Source of the DNA: Chrysomallon squamiferum
Taxonomy: Eukaryota > Animalia > Mollusca
NCBI GenBank assembly: GCA_012295275.1
Contig: CM022668.1
Location: forward strand, 3,658,001-3,722,000
Length of the DNA stretch: 64,000 bases
Direction of reading: 5' to 3'
Shown here: piece after piece, positions 43,875-59,833 of the stretch
How positions within the stretch are numbered: position 1 is the stretch's first letter
Layout of the letters: each line of letters begins with the position of its first letter
Program-made: the position numbers and the translations under genes
The notes under the pieces: generated by a model
Seen by the model: the letters and a program-made list of their open reading frames with translations, nothing else
Told to the model about the DNA's origin: nothing
Database searches by the model: none

Positions 43875-44300
43875 ACTTTTTATTTTACATACTAACGTTA
43901 TTTTTTGTTTTACATCCTAACCATTATTTGTTCTGTATGTTAATATTTCTTTGTTCCTTGTTTTAAACATTCACATTTTGTATTTAATATATTAACATAA
44001 CTTTGTTCTATACATTAACAATTTTTTGTTTTTATAATATTTATGTTAATAGTTCTTTGTTCTATATAGTATTTGTTTGCAGTTCTTGGTTCTATTGCTA
44101 AAAGGTCTTTCCTCACTGTTCTTTTCTCTTTTATGTTAACAATTCTTTGTTCTATGCCCTGAAAGATGGTTGTTCTATCCTAACAGGGTTTTCTTTTTGT
44201 GCTGTATGCTAAGAGTTATTTGTTCTGTGAGCTAACACTTCTTTTGCTGTATAATCTAAATGTTCTTTTTTTTTTTTTTTTTTATGTTAACATTTCTGTC
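43875..44300. repeat. Decayed ~23-bp T-rich tandem array (TTCTTTGTTCTATATGTTAACA-like)
   Basis: TTGTTCT...TTAACA words recur at about 23-bp spacing. Confidence 0.6.
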
Positions 44301-45933
44301 TTCTGATGTGTTTTTCTTTAAACTAACAAACCTCAAGATCAGTCTTGATACTCGAGAGTTTAAAAATTACATTAAATAAATTATCATAGTTTTTATCACT
44401 AATGATCCCTATTGTTATATTTCACTATTTCACCGCCGGAAAAAAATAAAAATAAGAAGTAAAAAATCCTTCTGCTGTAATCAATGGTAGAAGTTCTACA
44501 AGAAACTGGAAAAAGAATTTCAGAATTAATACAGCTTCATCGCTGTCACTATGGAAATGAATCAGACTGTGTAACTTATCTGTTTTCAACACAAATGTAA
44601 GAGAGGTTTTTAATTCTCATCTCAGTGGTTTTCTTAAGGACAACTCAGGAACTGTAAACACCGTAAAAGTAATTACTTCGGCCAATTTGCGGCGTGCATA
44701 TTGGAAATGAATACCTGCATTCATGCATGACATCTTATCGTCAACGCCACTATCTGCATATTTATGCGTAATATTAACTTAACGACCCACAACTACTGAC
44801 TGATGATTTCGTGAACTTTTGATTCCAGCGAACTGAAGATTTTAAACTTAGAAAATATTAATATTTTTAAGCTGTTTAAATTATGACATCCAATATACAA
44901 GAGTATAACGTAGTCAGCTATGGTTGGATCTGTGTCGGTTGCTATGGTTTCTTGAAGTATGGTTTACGTACAGTAATGTAATGTGTTATTGTGAGACACA
45001 GTAGCGCATGACACGTTATGACACAGTACTAAAATGATGTGATGTAGTCTGGAATGTTACAGTGTGGCATGGTATGACTGGGTATGTTAAAGTATGAAAA
45101 GTATGACGCTGTATAATAAAGAATGACATGATGCACTGCTCATGGTATGGCGAGGCATACTATGCTATGTTATACTGATATGGCATGGAATGACATGGCA
45201 CAATATGGTATAAAGTAAAATAGTGCAATAACTTGGTTATTATCTGCATTTAATACGTAAATTTAATACATATGTCAGTATTTAATTATAAGGACATTGT
45301 CAGTTATAGAATACGACTGTTTATTGATTCAGTCATGTTTCTATCACAACATAAAAAATAAAACATATAATAAACCTTCGTATTAATATCTGTGTGAATA
45401 AACTTTGATTTATATTTAAAACAGATACCTAATATCGGTTATAGCTTTTAATATCAACTTCAGTTATTTTGACCGTGATATAGACATTTTTACTTTGTCA
45501 TCGAAGAAACTAATTTTTTCTAACAAAAAATGTCTCATAACTCACAAATGACATGTGGACACTTCATCATAAAATATCCCTTCTTCTGATTATTAAAAGA
45601 CCTTGTTTATTTTGAGATGTCAAAATTCCTAATGAAATATTTTATTTATTACAAGTGACCCGTTTAAAGTGAAATCTTTACGACAGCGCTTATTTAAAAC
45701 TGAAGAAAGCGATACGACTACTACTGTGCGAACGAAAGATAATAAAGAATGAACAAAGTTAATGTGCAAATAAGAAGAACAAAAAAGAATGAACGAAAGA
45801 AAGAAAAACGAAAACAATTAAAAAGAAGGAAAGAGTAGAAGTAGAAAAAAAAATCCAAGATAAGTATTGAAAGTTGTCGAGATACATTAAACACAAACAA
45901 AAAGTAAAAAAATAAAAAAATAAAAATAAAAAC

Positions 45934-46046
<113 letters not shown>

Positions 46047-46591
46047 GACTTTATATTTAATAGAAATAATCGGCAAAAAAAAAAAGTAAATTAAATTCAT
46101 CTTTTGGAAGTCTTTTTTCCAAATAAAGCTGTACTTGTCTCTCAGTTAATACAAGTGGATGAAATCTGATGATAATTTTTTCGAGTACAGAGGAGTCTGA
46201 ATACAGCCTCCGTATCACTCATAAATCTATAAGGTTTGAAAAACAAGCAAAGAATACACCTAGCTCTGCAAGATACTCGTCCATTCATCCCCGTGTCAGT
46301 GAGTTTAATAGAAAAGTCCGAGAGCAGATCAAAAGTTTACAGTCTGTCATATCACGTTGATAGAGCGCGGCCATGGGTGGAGTAATGATAATAACCAGCA
46401 AGTTATCAGACAGCAACAACTGACTTGAGTGCGGCGTCAACATCTGACACACACCAAACATCTGTAGAAACTCTACAGCTCTGCCGAGAGAATACTCACT
46501 TTGTAAACCTGACTTTTTAATAGTTAAAATATTTATAACGAAATTGTAAGAAAACTTTGTCATAGTCAAATGTGTTTATACATACAAATAT

Positions 46592-46930
46592 AATGTACAT
46601 GTATCCAGTGAATGTACATGTATCTAGTGAATATACATGTATCTAGTGAATGTACACGTATCCAGTGAATGTACACGTATCTAGTGAATGTACAGGTATC
46701 CAGTGAATGTACACGTATCTAGTGAATGTACATGTATCCAGTGAATGTACATGTATCCAGTGAATGTACATGTATCCAGTGAATGTACATGTATCCAGTG
46801 AATGTACATGTATCCAGTGAATGTACATGTATCCAGTGAATGTACATGTATCTAGTGAATGAACATGTATCCAGTGAATGTACATGTATCCAGTGAATGT
46901 ACATGTATCCAGTGAATGTACATGTATCTA
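46592..46930. repeat. 19-bp minisatellite, about 18 copies
   Basis: Unit GTGAATGTACATGTATCCA, containing the overlapping palindromes ATGTACAT and TACATGTA. Confidence 0.95.
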
Positions 46931-47039
46931 ATCCTGAATCAGGATGGACATTACCGTTAAGACGATGATGTTTATAAGAAGAAGAAGAACGACAACAACA
47001 ACAACAACAACAACACAACAATTATCATTTAAGAATTAG

Positions 47040-47484
<445 letters not shown>

Positions 47485-47809
47485 CACATATATATTACAC
47501 ATACACACGTGTAGAGTAAAATTAAATATATCGGGAAAGAAATCAGTATCTATATTTGTTAATTGGTGGTTGTTAAACTGAGATATTTTTTCTTTGAGAC
47601 TGTGAGGAAAGCTCAAGGCGCAGATGATTCACGTGACACCTGTTTTCATGATAGATAAGTGATGTGTACGCATTACATACATATATATTATCTCGCCGAA
47701 CTTGGTGATCAGAGATGAAAGTAATTACTGATTACAGGTACGTTTAATTAGAACATTATTTTGTTGTTTAATGATAGGAAGATAAATAAATAAATATGTA
47801 AAAGATAAG

Positions 47810-47932
47810 TTGCAGCAGAAGCAGTAGTAATAGTAGCAGTCTAGTATTAGTAGTTGCTGTAGTAGTAGTCTAGTCGTAATAGTAAGGTATTGGTGGTGGC
47901 AGTAGTAGAAGTGGTAACAACAATAGTTTAAT

Positions 47933-47996
<64 letters not shown>

Positions 47997-48150
47997 ATAG
48001 TGGAAGCAGTAGTAATAGTAGTTGTAATGATAGTTGTAGTATTGATACACGGAGACATAGTAATTGTAATAGGAGTAGTGGTTGTAGCTGTAGTAGTTGT
48101 TGTGTAGTATTAGTAACGCTAGTAATAATGACAGTAGCAAAAGTAGTGGT
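47810..48150. repeat. Degenerate (TAG/CAG)n trinucleotide region
   Basis: Direct reading. Confidence 0.88.
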
Positions 48151-48294
48151 GGAATAGATAGCAGTTACCAAAACAGAGCGACAAAGAAGAGAAAGTAACA
48201 TGCGAAAAAAAAAAAAAAAAAAAAATAGATAAAGTAATTAAAATAAATAAATAAGTAAATGGAATTTTATAAAAAATAATAATAATAATAATAA

Positions 48295-48325
<31 letters not shown>

Positions 48326-48494
48326 AAAATAGTGTACTTCTAGACCCTCAAGGTATTAAACTGAAAAATCAATCAGATGATAATATACCATCAATCAAAG
48401 TTAATAAAAAAAAATTGATATAACGTAAATAGATTTGATGAGAAGAGTTGTGTTTTACAAAGGGGATGGACTAACCTTCACTTTCTCGCTTTGC

Positions 48495-48737
48495 GTCTCA
48501 ATACAGAACGTAAACATCAAACAAACTGAAATTCTTTACTGTCTCAATACAGAACGCAAAAATATTAAACAAACTGAAATTCTTTACTGTCTCAATACAG
48601 AACGAAAAAAAAATTAAACAAACTGAAATTCTTTACCGTCTCAATATAGAACGTAAAAAAAATTAAACAAACTGAAATTCTTTACCGTCTCAATACAGAA
48701 CGCAAAAATATTAAACAAACTGAATTTATTCACCGTC
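48495..48737. repeat. 46-49 bp minisatellite, 5 copies
   Basis: Unit about GTCTCAATACAGAACGCAAAAATATTAAACAAACTGAAATTCTTTACC, starting at 48495, 48541, 48589, 48638 and 48687. Confidence 0.92.
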
Positions 48738-49128
48738 GAGCAGCGCAGTGCATGGAGCACATTCTGACTGAACGAAAAGGCACTGAAGCGTATCGATTAA
48801 AATAAGGCAAGTGAAGCATGTTAAAATTTCTAGACGTCTGCAGAATTTAGACTTAGACATAGTGACACTGTCTTTAATGATATTAACAGGCAGACAGACA
48901 GACAGACAGAGTTGGAATTCACAGACAAGGTGTTAGTTAAGTAAGGTAACGTAATAGAATGTAGACAGTCTTGCAGATAAAATTTAGTGTTCATTAAACT
49001 GACACCTCGACCCAGCACGAGTCCAGCTTGAAAAGCACGTGTTACGTTGAACGATGAAAATAGCTGAGTTAATTGAATTCTGTAAATGTGGTTAATCTGT
49101 ATTAACGTTTAGAGATCCCCTCTTTCCC

Positions 49129-49298
49129 GAATATTGTCTATGTGCACCGTCTAACTAGACGTACATAAGATAGAGAATATTCAAATCCTAAATACATACA
49201 TACATACATACATACATACATACATACATACATACATACATACATACATACATACATACATACATACATACATACATACATACATACATACATACATA
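49129..49298 (+). mobile_element. 5'-truncated copy of the same dispersed element with a (TACA)n tail
   Basis: GAATATTGTCTATGTG...AGACGTACATAAGAyAGAGAATATTCAAA(A)TCCTAAA is shared with 29728-29799 and runs directly into about 26 TACA units. Confidence 0.6.
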
Positions 49299-49893
49299 AC
49301 GTACATAGCTACGTACAAGAGAGCTGTACACTATTGTCTTCTACTGGGGTTTTTCTCGACCACACCCATCTATCCACTTCATCCCCTGTCCCCGCCTTTC
49401 ACACTCCGCGTCCTCTGATATCGACACAATCAACTTCAGTAGGCAGTAAAAAATAAAGAACCATTTGCACAGACTGAAGTTATTTAACAAAAAGTATTCT
49501 GTACACACAGCCAGACACTTTGGCAGATTTGATACGGTAACTGTTCAGCGAGTATAATGGCTGGAAGCGATTTCGTCGAGGATCAAATGGATACGAAAAG
49601 GCTATTGATTGACTAATAATGAATTTGTCCTGTCAGTGACTAAAAAAGATTTATGCGGTTCCACAAACACTAATTCATAACTAAGGATCATCAGCCAGTT
49701 AGCGTCAGAACACAGCTCAACTAAGAAATTATCCAGTATTAAAAAAACCAGGAAAAAACAACAAAAAAAAAAGGTCCGGAAGATGTTACGACAACATTCG
49801 ATCAATATAAAGAAGATGGAGGTTAAATAAAATTAAATGTATAATATATTCATAAAGGAAATTTAAGAAGATAAAACAATTAAAGTAAAAAAA

Positions 49894-49974
<81 letters not shown>

Positions 49975-50002
49975 TAAAAATAATAATAATAATAATAATA
50001 AT

Positions 50003-50033
<31 letters not shown>

Positions 50034-51389
50034 CTAATAATAATTATACATATTAATAATAAAAAGAAGAAGAAGAAGAAGAAGAAGAAAAGAAGAAAAA
50101 TCACACTAATAAATTATTAGAAATATGAAAAAAAGTTGAGAAAGAAATTCTTAACGACTTTGTGTTTGTGTGTCTGTGTCTATGTATATTTGGGTATGCT
50201 TGTGTGTATGGATAGGGTGTTTGTTTCTTTGATTATGTATCTTTATTTTACACAAAAACTATTTTTCACCAACCGGCGATTTCAATCATCATTTTACCCA
50301 CGTGGTTCTGAAACATGGCTGAGAAAGATGAGTAAGAACAGTTTAGGTGGAGATGTTTACTTACAGCAGTGACAACCGCCATCATCCTTGGTCTGTTTAA
50401 AAGTTTTTATGAGAAATTACGTCTAAGACTACCTGTCGAGCAGACACTACGACAACACCTCTAACTTCCAGTTCAAAACAAGTTACTGTAAGACCATTAT
50501 CAGCAGTTCTATAACATAGTAAAGATATTTCACACACTAATGTCATTCGTGCATGAATCGAGCAGAGTATTACACGATGTATAGAAATGTTGAATAAAAT
50601 AACTAATGTGTAGTGTTACTGGTAGTTGTGATCAATGTTTAAGTGCAGTGGCTAGTCAAATGCGTACAAACGTACACACACACACACAGCACGCACAGAG
50701 TATATAAACATATGTGCATACCGAATTCAGTAATTGAAACTGATCTGTTATCTGATAAAATTAGACAAAATAAGTTTAGAATTACTTATGTAATGTTGCG
50801 GTTCTTACCGCTAGCAGATGAAAACCAGTAAAAACAATTTCAGTTTATCGTGAATGCGATTATTACAATTAAACCTAAATTAATTAATTAATTTATTTAT
50901 TTATTTATTTATTTATTTAATTGCAAATGAGAACTTTTAAAACTCGTGTTTAAACAAACATAGGTCTGATTCAAAATTAACGCTACAAAACTGAATAACC
51001 AATTCGTTTTTTTCTTTAGCTGTCAAATTGAATTCCACGTACGTCAGCGCAGAAAACGTGACCAAACATGTAAAGTGAATCATTTTAAACACAACATACA
51101 TACGATTATAAAGCGAAGAAAAAAACAAAAACACTCAGAATACAAAACATACAACAACAACAACAACAATAGAATTAACAGTATATAACCGCTTCCTTAC
51201 GCACACCGCACTATTTCCCGTTCAAGCCAGTTGTGGCTGAATATAAAAGATCACTTGACGCTAATCTAACGATATTTCTTCTCTCACACGTGTTTAACAA
51301 TAATTAAATATTATGACACGTCATCGTTGATAAAATTTGTGATGCGTGAGTTATTATTATTTATTTCACACAAAACTAACATAATATTC

Positions 51390-51450
51390 ACATTTGAAAC
51401 ATACAGCACACATTATGTACATTTGAAACATACAGCACACATTATGTACA
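51390..51450. repeat. 29-bp tandem duplication
   Basis: CATTTGAAACATACAGCACACATTATGTA occurs at 51391 and 51420. Confidence 0.9.
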
Positions 51451-51789
51451 GTACCCACGAACAGTACATTACAAAAGCAATATACTTATAATTCTTATCA
51501 ATATAGACAATACTGGCAACTGAAATACAATAAGAACACATATGTTGAAAATACGTAACTAAACAAACATAATTTACGGAGATTTTAAATTAAACTGCAT
51601 CTCAGTTTAATGTATACATATATATTTGCATTGTTCATAAAAACATCCTAACATTTAGGTGGAGGAAATTTGTTTTATACGCTATAACTGCCTCTATTAA
51701 AAACGTCTGAGTTGTTGTATTGGAGAATTTTGTCTTAATTGATATTAGTATATATTTATTCATACTAGATGCATTGATAGTATTATAAA

Positions 51790-51791
<2 letters not shown>

Positions 51792-51868
<77 letters not shown>
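51792..51868. repeat. (CT)n microsatellite
   Basis: Direct reading. Confidence 0.97.
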
Positions 51869-51870
<2 letters not shown>

Positions 51871-53342
51871 GTGTATGTGTGTATACGTATACATTAAAGA
51901 AGATAAAATATTGTTTCTACCATTATAAATATAATTCACCAAGCACTTAAGAATATATATATATATATACAGAAGCAAATACACCAAATAAACACCCCTA
52001 AAGGTAAATATAAAAATACGTACATATAAACGTCTGTGCTTCCTTCATAGGATTAATCTTAACATAAAAACTAAAGTACTATTAATAACAATTATCTGGA
52101 CAAATAAAAGCTATTATCAATATTATTATTATTATGAATAAAGATATACTGCTATCAGTTGCAATATATTATAGATATAGTATATATTTATAAAATGGTA
52201 TATATAATACCATTATGTAAATATATACTATTAAGACCGTTATCTAAATATACACAAGAATTCATACATTACATACCCACAAATATATTCTACAGTTAAT
52301 ACTATTAAATAAATCTATCCTGCTATTAGTAACGTTACTATAGACAAATATATGTTAATATTAATATCATTATTATAAATGCATGCAAATGCACGCAGAA
52401 AGCTCAAGAACTTACAATGAAATTCAAAAGTGGAATGAAATAAATAGAAAACAATAGATGTAATATCAGAGGAAGACGTAAAACAAGAAAATACTTACTT
52501 AAAGTAAAACACGCGTTTCATCACTGTGCGGTATTTTTCAGAGAACGACACTAAGACATGTATTCCAGACTGCGAATGTAGCCGTGACTCCACCACACAG
52601 CGCATCGTCTCCTGTCTGTACACGAAATCCACTCCTCTTTCCGCGCGGTCCGTAACAGTGACCAGACGCCCTAAGCGTGGACGTCGACGTGAACAAATGA
52701 AACGGACCCGGTGTTGTTTACATCAAGGTGATTTTGTTTACCATTAACTCGTTTTTATTCTCTGTCTCAATATTTTGTGTTCATATGAAGCAATCATACG
52801 TTTAATTTTCTCTCACATCATTTTTATTACCTTGTCAAACTTAACACGTCTATTTTGAGACCGCGCGATTGAGATGGGCGCTCAGTGGGAATTTTTCTAC
52901 AAAACGCTGTTTTCCTATCCACGGTTAATTTGCCACGAACCCAGACGATAAACGAGTACGACACAAGTGATTAAAATTAAAACATACGTGGTTAACAAGC
53001 TGTGTAATAAAGGAGTCGGGGAAGGGGAACTGCTGTCAGATTCATCTTGAAGACTGACATTTAGAAGTAGTGGCGTTAGATACGGACACGTTATAATAAG
53101 CTTTAAGTTAACTTTAATCTGCCTGAGTACTTCGTTCAAACTAATTGATTCTTAAGACAGTAACCAGTTATTTCAATGCTAAATAATACTGAAACTAAAT
53201 GAAATTATCTCTCGACAGTAGTAGATTCAGGCGTATTGATTTCGTTGTCGCTTAAAAACCAAACTTCTCAAATAACAAGAATGTATTTATTATTATTTGA
53301 ATATATATATATATCCTGTGCGTGTATGATGTGTGTGTGTGA

Positions 53343-53376
<34 letters not shown>

Positions 53377-54174
53377 GTGTTGTGTGTGTGTTTGAATAGC
53401 AAATAATATATCGAAGTAAATGCAGTTCCTTCCCCAAAACCGAAAATATTAAATGTATGTAGTCATCATAATCTGGCCACTTCGTACAGTTGGTGTATGT
53501 GTGTGTGTGTTGTGAGTATGTGTGTGTGCGTGTGTGTGTGCGTGTGTGTGTGTTGTGTGTGTTTAATTATTACAGATTGTCATCCACTTACGACATACAA
53601 TACAATTTACGACTGTTTCACTTTACGACTGCAAGTCTGACAGTAGTGTTGCGTCTAAATCTAGGTTCATACTGTTCTGTCGACACTGAAGCTAGATTCG
53701 CTCTAATCGCGAATGGAACTGAAAAAAGAGCATTTCAGACTAAACTCAGTAAGTTTGTATAGAAAACAAAACCACTGTCTATCCAAACCAGCGACATCTT
53801 TGTTACGTTTCCTAATGCCAGTGATCTGCACATATTTTGTTTTTTGGTAGAAATATTAAACACAGTTTAGTGCAAATTGTGTTTGATTTAAAATAATTAA
53901 AAGGCTTACTATAAAAAAGAAAAACAAATAAAGAATATACACGAGTGTGATTGAGATAACGTGATTACACACAGTACTAGAGTAACAAAGATTCTGTAAA
54001 TACTGATGCCGACTTACGACGAGCGGGTCAGAACAGAACGTGGTCATAAGTTGATGTTGTCTAAATTATAAATGAATCCAAAATATTAAAATTTGAAAAT
54101 AAAAAGAATAGACAAAAAGGACAAAGGAAGTTAAAATTACCAAAGATGACAAATAATAATGCATACAAACACAG

Positions 54175-54980
54175 ATATACCAAACAAGAAGAAGAAGAAG
54201 ATAAAGAGGAAGACATATAAATATTAAATTTTCCAAAAAGAAACACAGAAAGAGACACTGAAGTTCTGAGGGAAGATGTTTAAACTGAAATATTTCAAAT
54301 AAGTATGTTGTTTAAAAGAGTGATAAAAAAAAATGCCACAGATTCGCTGTAAAAAACCTTTTACCTAAAACTCATATAGTACAAGTGAATGGGGTGGAGA
54401 CAGACAGATAGGACCGTGTAATCTCTCTGACGTGTTTCTCAGTTTAAACTGTGTATTTCCTCAGACATTAAGTCACAGTGAGTTCTTATTAACTGAGTAA
54501 CATGTATGTTAGACGTAACAGTGAGTTACTTAAACCACAGACTGAACACGATGAGACGTAAAACTTACCAAGTCATAAATCAGAAGTATGTGATTGCACA
54601 GACAGCCGTATTTCACTGTTCTTCTACAGCAACGTGTGAAGTAAACGTTATATTTATTTTAATTACAGTTTTAACGCTGTTCCAGATATAATGGATTGGT
54701 GCACGCCACACGTACAGCCATGTTAAATAAACATTTACTTGATACTTTCTGAGTTATTTGGATATTCACAACTGTAACTTTGTCGTGTAAACCAAAAATA
54801 ATAATAATAAAGCACAATCGTTTTTGTTTGTTTGTTTGTTTATTTAATTTAAAAAAAAAGTCTGCCAGGTGAGCAATTAATAATAATAATAATATAAAGT
54901 ATATATAAACATTTACATACATACACGCATACATACACACACAAAGACATACATACACAGACATACACATATGAGAGAGA

Positions 54981-55070
<90 letters not shown>
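54175..55070. repeat. Right arm of the ~0.9 kb inverted duplication (partner 37051-37946)
   Basis: Reverse complement of the left arm, including the terminal (GA)n/(TC)n tract. Confidence 0.97.
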
Positions 55071-55073
<3 letters not shown>

Positions 55074-58000
55074 ATAAAGGAAGATAATCATACCACAAAA
55101 CAGGATTGGGTCAGTCTAGAAAGGATTTTATTTATTTGTTTGTTCGAACACATTCTCGTCTTTTTATTTATTTATTTATTTATTTGTTTGTTGTTTGTCC
55201 TGTTTTCGTTTTTCAATTAAACTCCCACAAACGAATCAGCATGTTTTAAAAAGCCATTACCGCTCACTTGTCTCGGCTTATTGCAAACAGTAATCCCGTT
55301 CATCGACCCTCGAGAAGAACGAGGCCTATAAAACAGCTCAAACAGAAAATGCAATCAGTTTGTTGGAAAACTGTATCTGTTGTGTGCGCATGCGTTATCT
55401 TTCAATCGATGCTTTTCATTACAAGTTTGTTCCCGTGTCTGTTTGCGATGCCGGTCATACCTCACTGAGTTCTCAAGGACTCGTCAATTTCCAAACATGT
55501 CTGAAACACAATTACTGGCTGTGTGAGCCAGCGAAACAGGTGGGTGCGGGTTTCCGCTCTTTTCTCACTCGAGTCACAGTCTGAGGCCATGTTTAAAGTA
55601 TTCCTTGGTGAAATGGTCTTACTATCATTTTGTCCAAATCAGTTTGAAAAGTATTAAACTTTATTAGTAATAAAATTACAAAAAAGTTAAAAAAAAGAAT
55701 TGAAAAAAAAATGTGGTTGAGTAAATTTGGGATTCTGACCGAAAAAAAAACCCACAAAAAAAAACTATTTATAGATATATACACACATCATCATCATTAT
55801 TATTAATATTTCATTAAATTTTCGTAAAATAATAATCAGTAATATCTACGTTACTGTTGCCGTGGATACGGGAGAATGAAATAAAAAATGGGAGAAATGT
55901 CGGACCTTCAAAGAAACACAGTAACTGCAAATAAAGCCGTAGAAAACATCTTTAGTCAAAGTGATGCTGTTTGAAGTGCATTAAAGTTCATATGAGACAC
56001 GAGACGATCTTTTAAATGTAATACAATAAAAACACACACACAAAACACACACATACAAACATGTACACATGTACGTGCAATCTACAGTTATTTACTCCAG
56101 GTTACTGAAGCAAAAAGACAAGTGTGTGTGTATATAAGTAATTTACAACAAAAAACTGATAGAAGAGAAGAATTTAAAAGCTTTAACAGATTTTTTTTTT
56201 TTTATCGTCTCGTCGTATTTGACACTTAAAACAAAATTAAATGTGTGAACTTTCTGTAACCGTTCTGTTTTTTATTTTGTTTGCAAACTGATTAACGTGC
56301 CAGGCAGCACACACTAGACGAAATCTGCTCTTGTTAATAGCAGTGTGCAAAATGTTATCATACAGAATCAAGATAATTCACCTCCGCGCATTTCCATCGG
56401 TAAATTTACGATAGCGGGTTTCTGTTTCGTTTTCTGATTCCGTGCAGTGACGTCCGCCTCTCTCTGCCAGACAGTTTGACATGCAGCGCAAACGTAAGAA
56501 AAAGTCCAGTTGGGTAATTATCCGATTGTGCAGACACGTGCATGATCTTTCAGTGGTTAAAATGCGATAAATATATCTTCACAAACCCTTCAAGTACATC
56601 ACTTTATCTGATAAACGAGCTGAGCATTGGAAGAGGTTGCTATCTGACAGAATCAACAGGAATATTTAAGATGAAGGCAATTTATGAAAATATGAAATAC
56701 CAACAATATGGTTACTTTTTGCCTCTTCTGAGTATCTCAGCAAATCATCACGGAAAAAGCAATGAGCCACGTTTGTCAAGTCGTGCTGACATCGAGTAAG
56801 TCAGTGACTGCCAGGTTCGCCTCTCACTCTTTCCAGCTACTCATATTTAAATAGGGAAGTGTAACAAATTTTACTGATCATATTAATAATAGTATGTATA
56901 TTACACATTAGAAAAATGGTTTAATGAGCAATATAGATTTAATTATTTTGCTATACGTTCCAGTCGGATTCATTTAGTATTTAATATGGAAGAAATAATT
57001 ATCCTCTACGATAAAATTATTAAAGGCTCTGATAAATTGCTTTACTTTCTGTGGGAAGACCTTGCTGGCCTCTCTGTGGTCCTTGCCACGTATGTTATGT
57101 GATATCACATAATAAACAGTAGATAACAATAAAACAAACAAAAACGCTCTTCCCTTGTTTTTCTCTGTTGTCAAGATCTCAGATAAACACTAACACAAAA
57201 TCAGTAAATAAATAAGTAAAGAAAGAAAGAAAGAAAGAAAGAAAGAAATGAACATCAAAGAAATAGAAAAGAAACAAACATGAGAAATGTACAGAAAAGA
57301 TGTTGTGGCACTATTAGGCCGTGAGTCAAAAAACGTAAGGTTGGCTCCATCTATACTTTTTATTATTTTAAATAATAAATTAAATTAACTTAAATTTGAA
57401 AGAAAGAAATGACAAAGTGCTGCATCTACTTTAGAACAGATTTATAAATGGAATTAAGAAATAAACTAAATTTAAAACAAATATATATATATATATTTTT
57501 TTTTTTAAAGATCGTGTATAAGGGGAAAAAAACACTTCTTGAAGAGGGTTAACATTCTTTGCATTTTCGAAGTGCTTCTGCTAAAATCAGATCTACTTTT
57601 ATAATAATTATATCTCACTGCAACTAGAAATCAAAGCTGTTGCTTCTGCTGTTAAAAGTAAAGAACAGCTCTCTGTCCTGCTATTAAAGCGTGCTATAAG
57701 TACGCCAGCACTTTAGTCCAGTGACTGCCGGTTTTTGTCTGTTTTCGCAGCTACTGGGAAGTGTGTTTTGCTAACTGATGTTGTTTTCACCTGCGAGGCT
57801 CGCGTTCTGCCAGCTCACTGGAAAGTGTTATCATTAATCGTGAGAGAGGTACAACGAGATGGCATCAATTAAATCACTTAGGTGTTCGGCTAGCGCGAGT
57901 TCACAGAACACACCTCCGCTCTTTTTTTATTTTACTTCGTTTTGTTTTTAAACGTAGAAAGCTAAATCCCTCACAGACGGCGCTGGAGTCACAACTTCCG

Positions 58001-59387
58001 GAAAGTGTAGATTTCAGCTCTGACACTGAGATCGGTAATAATTTAATTTAATTTAGGTTGGGAGGTGCGGTTAAAAATGGATAATGAATAAAATATAATT
58101 AAAAAACTGATACTGAAATACCAGATAAAGAATGTACAGAAATTTTATTTTTATTTTAAATAAATTAAATATTTTTATATTTGAAAATATATGTCTGTCT
58201 GTCTGTCTGTCTGTCTGTCTGCCTCTCTGTCTGCTCATCATCTTTCTCCGTGACTCTGTTAGTAATTCTTTCTTTTTGTAATTATTCATCTGTCTGTCTG
58301 TCTTTGTGTTTTCCAAAGAAAAGTTAAAACACAAAGTATAAACGATTCACTATTGTACTTATATCATTCCGAAACAACACACTGTATATTCATTTATAAA
58401 TGTCATCTATTTAGAGATTTTTAATACACATTTATAGTTAGCTACTAATTCGCGCGCACATACACGCACACACACACACACACACACACATACATTTTTC
58501 CAATTGCACGTCTTACCATATTTAGCTGTGTATAAATACGATCGATGTGAAAAAAAAAAGGAGAAAAAAAGCAAAAAAATCCCAAACAAACAAACTAAAA
58601 GAAAACCTCCGAAACAACAACAACAAAAAACTGAACAAGAAAGCAATAAAAGTTAAATGAAAATCGAATATGCCGGTGATCGGTGAATTCGCGCGACCCA
58701 GTTTCCAAAAGATCAAACACTGGTTAATTCTGTAAAAGCGTTCCTCTTGCAAAGCTCATTTTCTCCGGTGAGAAACTTGCCGCGAGGGTTTCATCACTTT
58801 ACAAATTAAAATAATTGATGTTGCAAAGAAAAATCATAATGGTCTCTGCTTTCCATTTTCGCTGATTTTAGAAGAAAAGGCTAAGTATTAAAAATAAAAT
58901 AGTGCAAATAAATGAAATTAGATATAAAATTTAGTTCTGGGATTAAGGATGATGGTACATACCAGTCATTAAGTGGACCAGTCCGCATAGACTCGATACC
59001 ATTTTTGTGTTAGATTCTAACTTGCTAACTTACTAACTACCAGACTGAGCTTTGTTTACCCAAGACGTACATTATAGACAAGAAAATTTCCCTGATTACA
59101 AACTAACTAAATAATAGCTTTAGCGAAAGAAGAGAAAAGAGAAAACAACGTCAACTTTTTTCTTTCTTCATTAAATCCTATATTCATCCTGAAATTCTTT
59201 CTTCTTCCTTTCTTCAATTTGCATTTTTTAATTATTAGCTAGAATCTCACACACACAGACACACACACACAGACACAGATCCACAAAATATATTAAAATT
59301 TCTGTAGAGAGGTTTTATGGTAGAGTTTTAAGACTATTTCCGATCTGTTGCCCGATTTTAGACATAAACAGGTTTAAATGTGGCACG

Positions 59388-59833
59388 CTTATCAGTTCTA
59401 ACAGACTTACACTCACCGACTGACTTATCAGTGCTAACAGACTTACACTCACCGACTGACTTGTCAGTGCTAACAGACTTACACTCACCGACTGACTTGT
59501 CAGTGCTAACAGACTTACACTCACCGACTGACTTGTCAGTGCTAACAGACTTACACTCACTGGCTGACTTGTCAGTGCTAACAGACTTACACTCACCGAC
59601 TGACTTGTCAGTGCTAACAGACTTACACTCACCGACTGACTTGTCAGTGCTAACAGACTTACACTCACCGGCTGACTTGTCAGTGCTAACAGACTTACAC
59701 TCACTGGCTGACTTACGAATGCTAACAGACTTACGGTCATTGACTGACTTACGAGTGTTAACAGACTTACACTCACTGCCTGATTTACGAGGGCTATTAT
59801 ACTTAAACTCACTGACTGACTTACGAGTGCTAA
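59388..59833. repeat. 36-bp minisatellite, about 12 copies
   Basis: Unit GTCAGTGCTAACAGACTTACACTCACCGACTGACTT. Copies are more diverged toward the right end. Confidence 0.95.
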
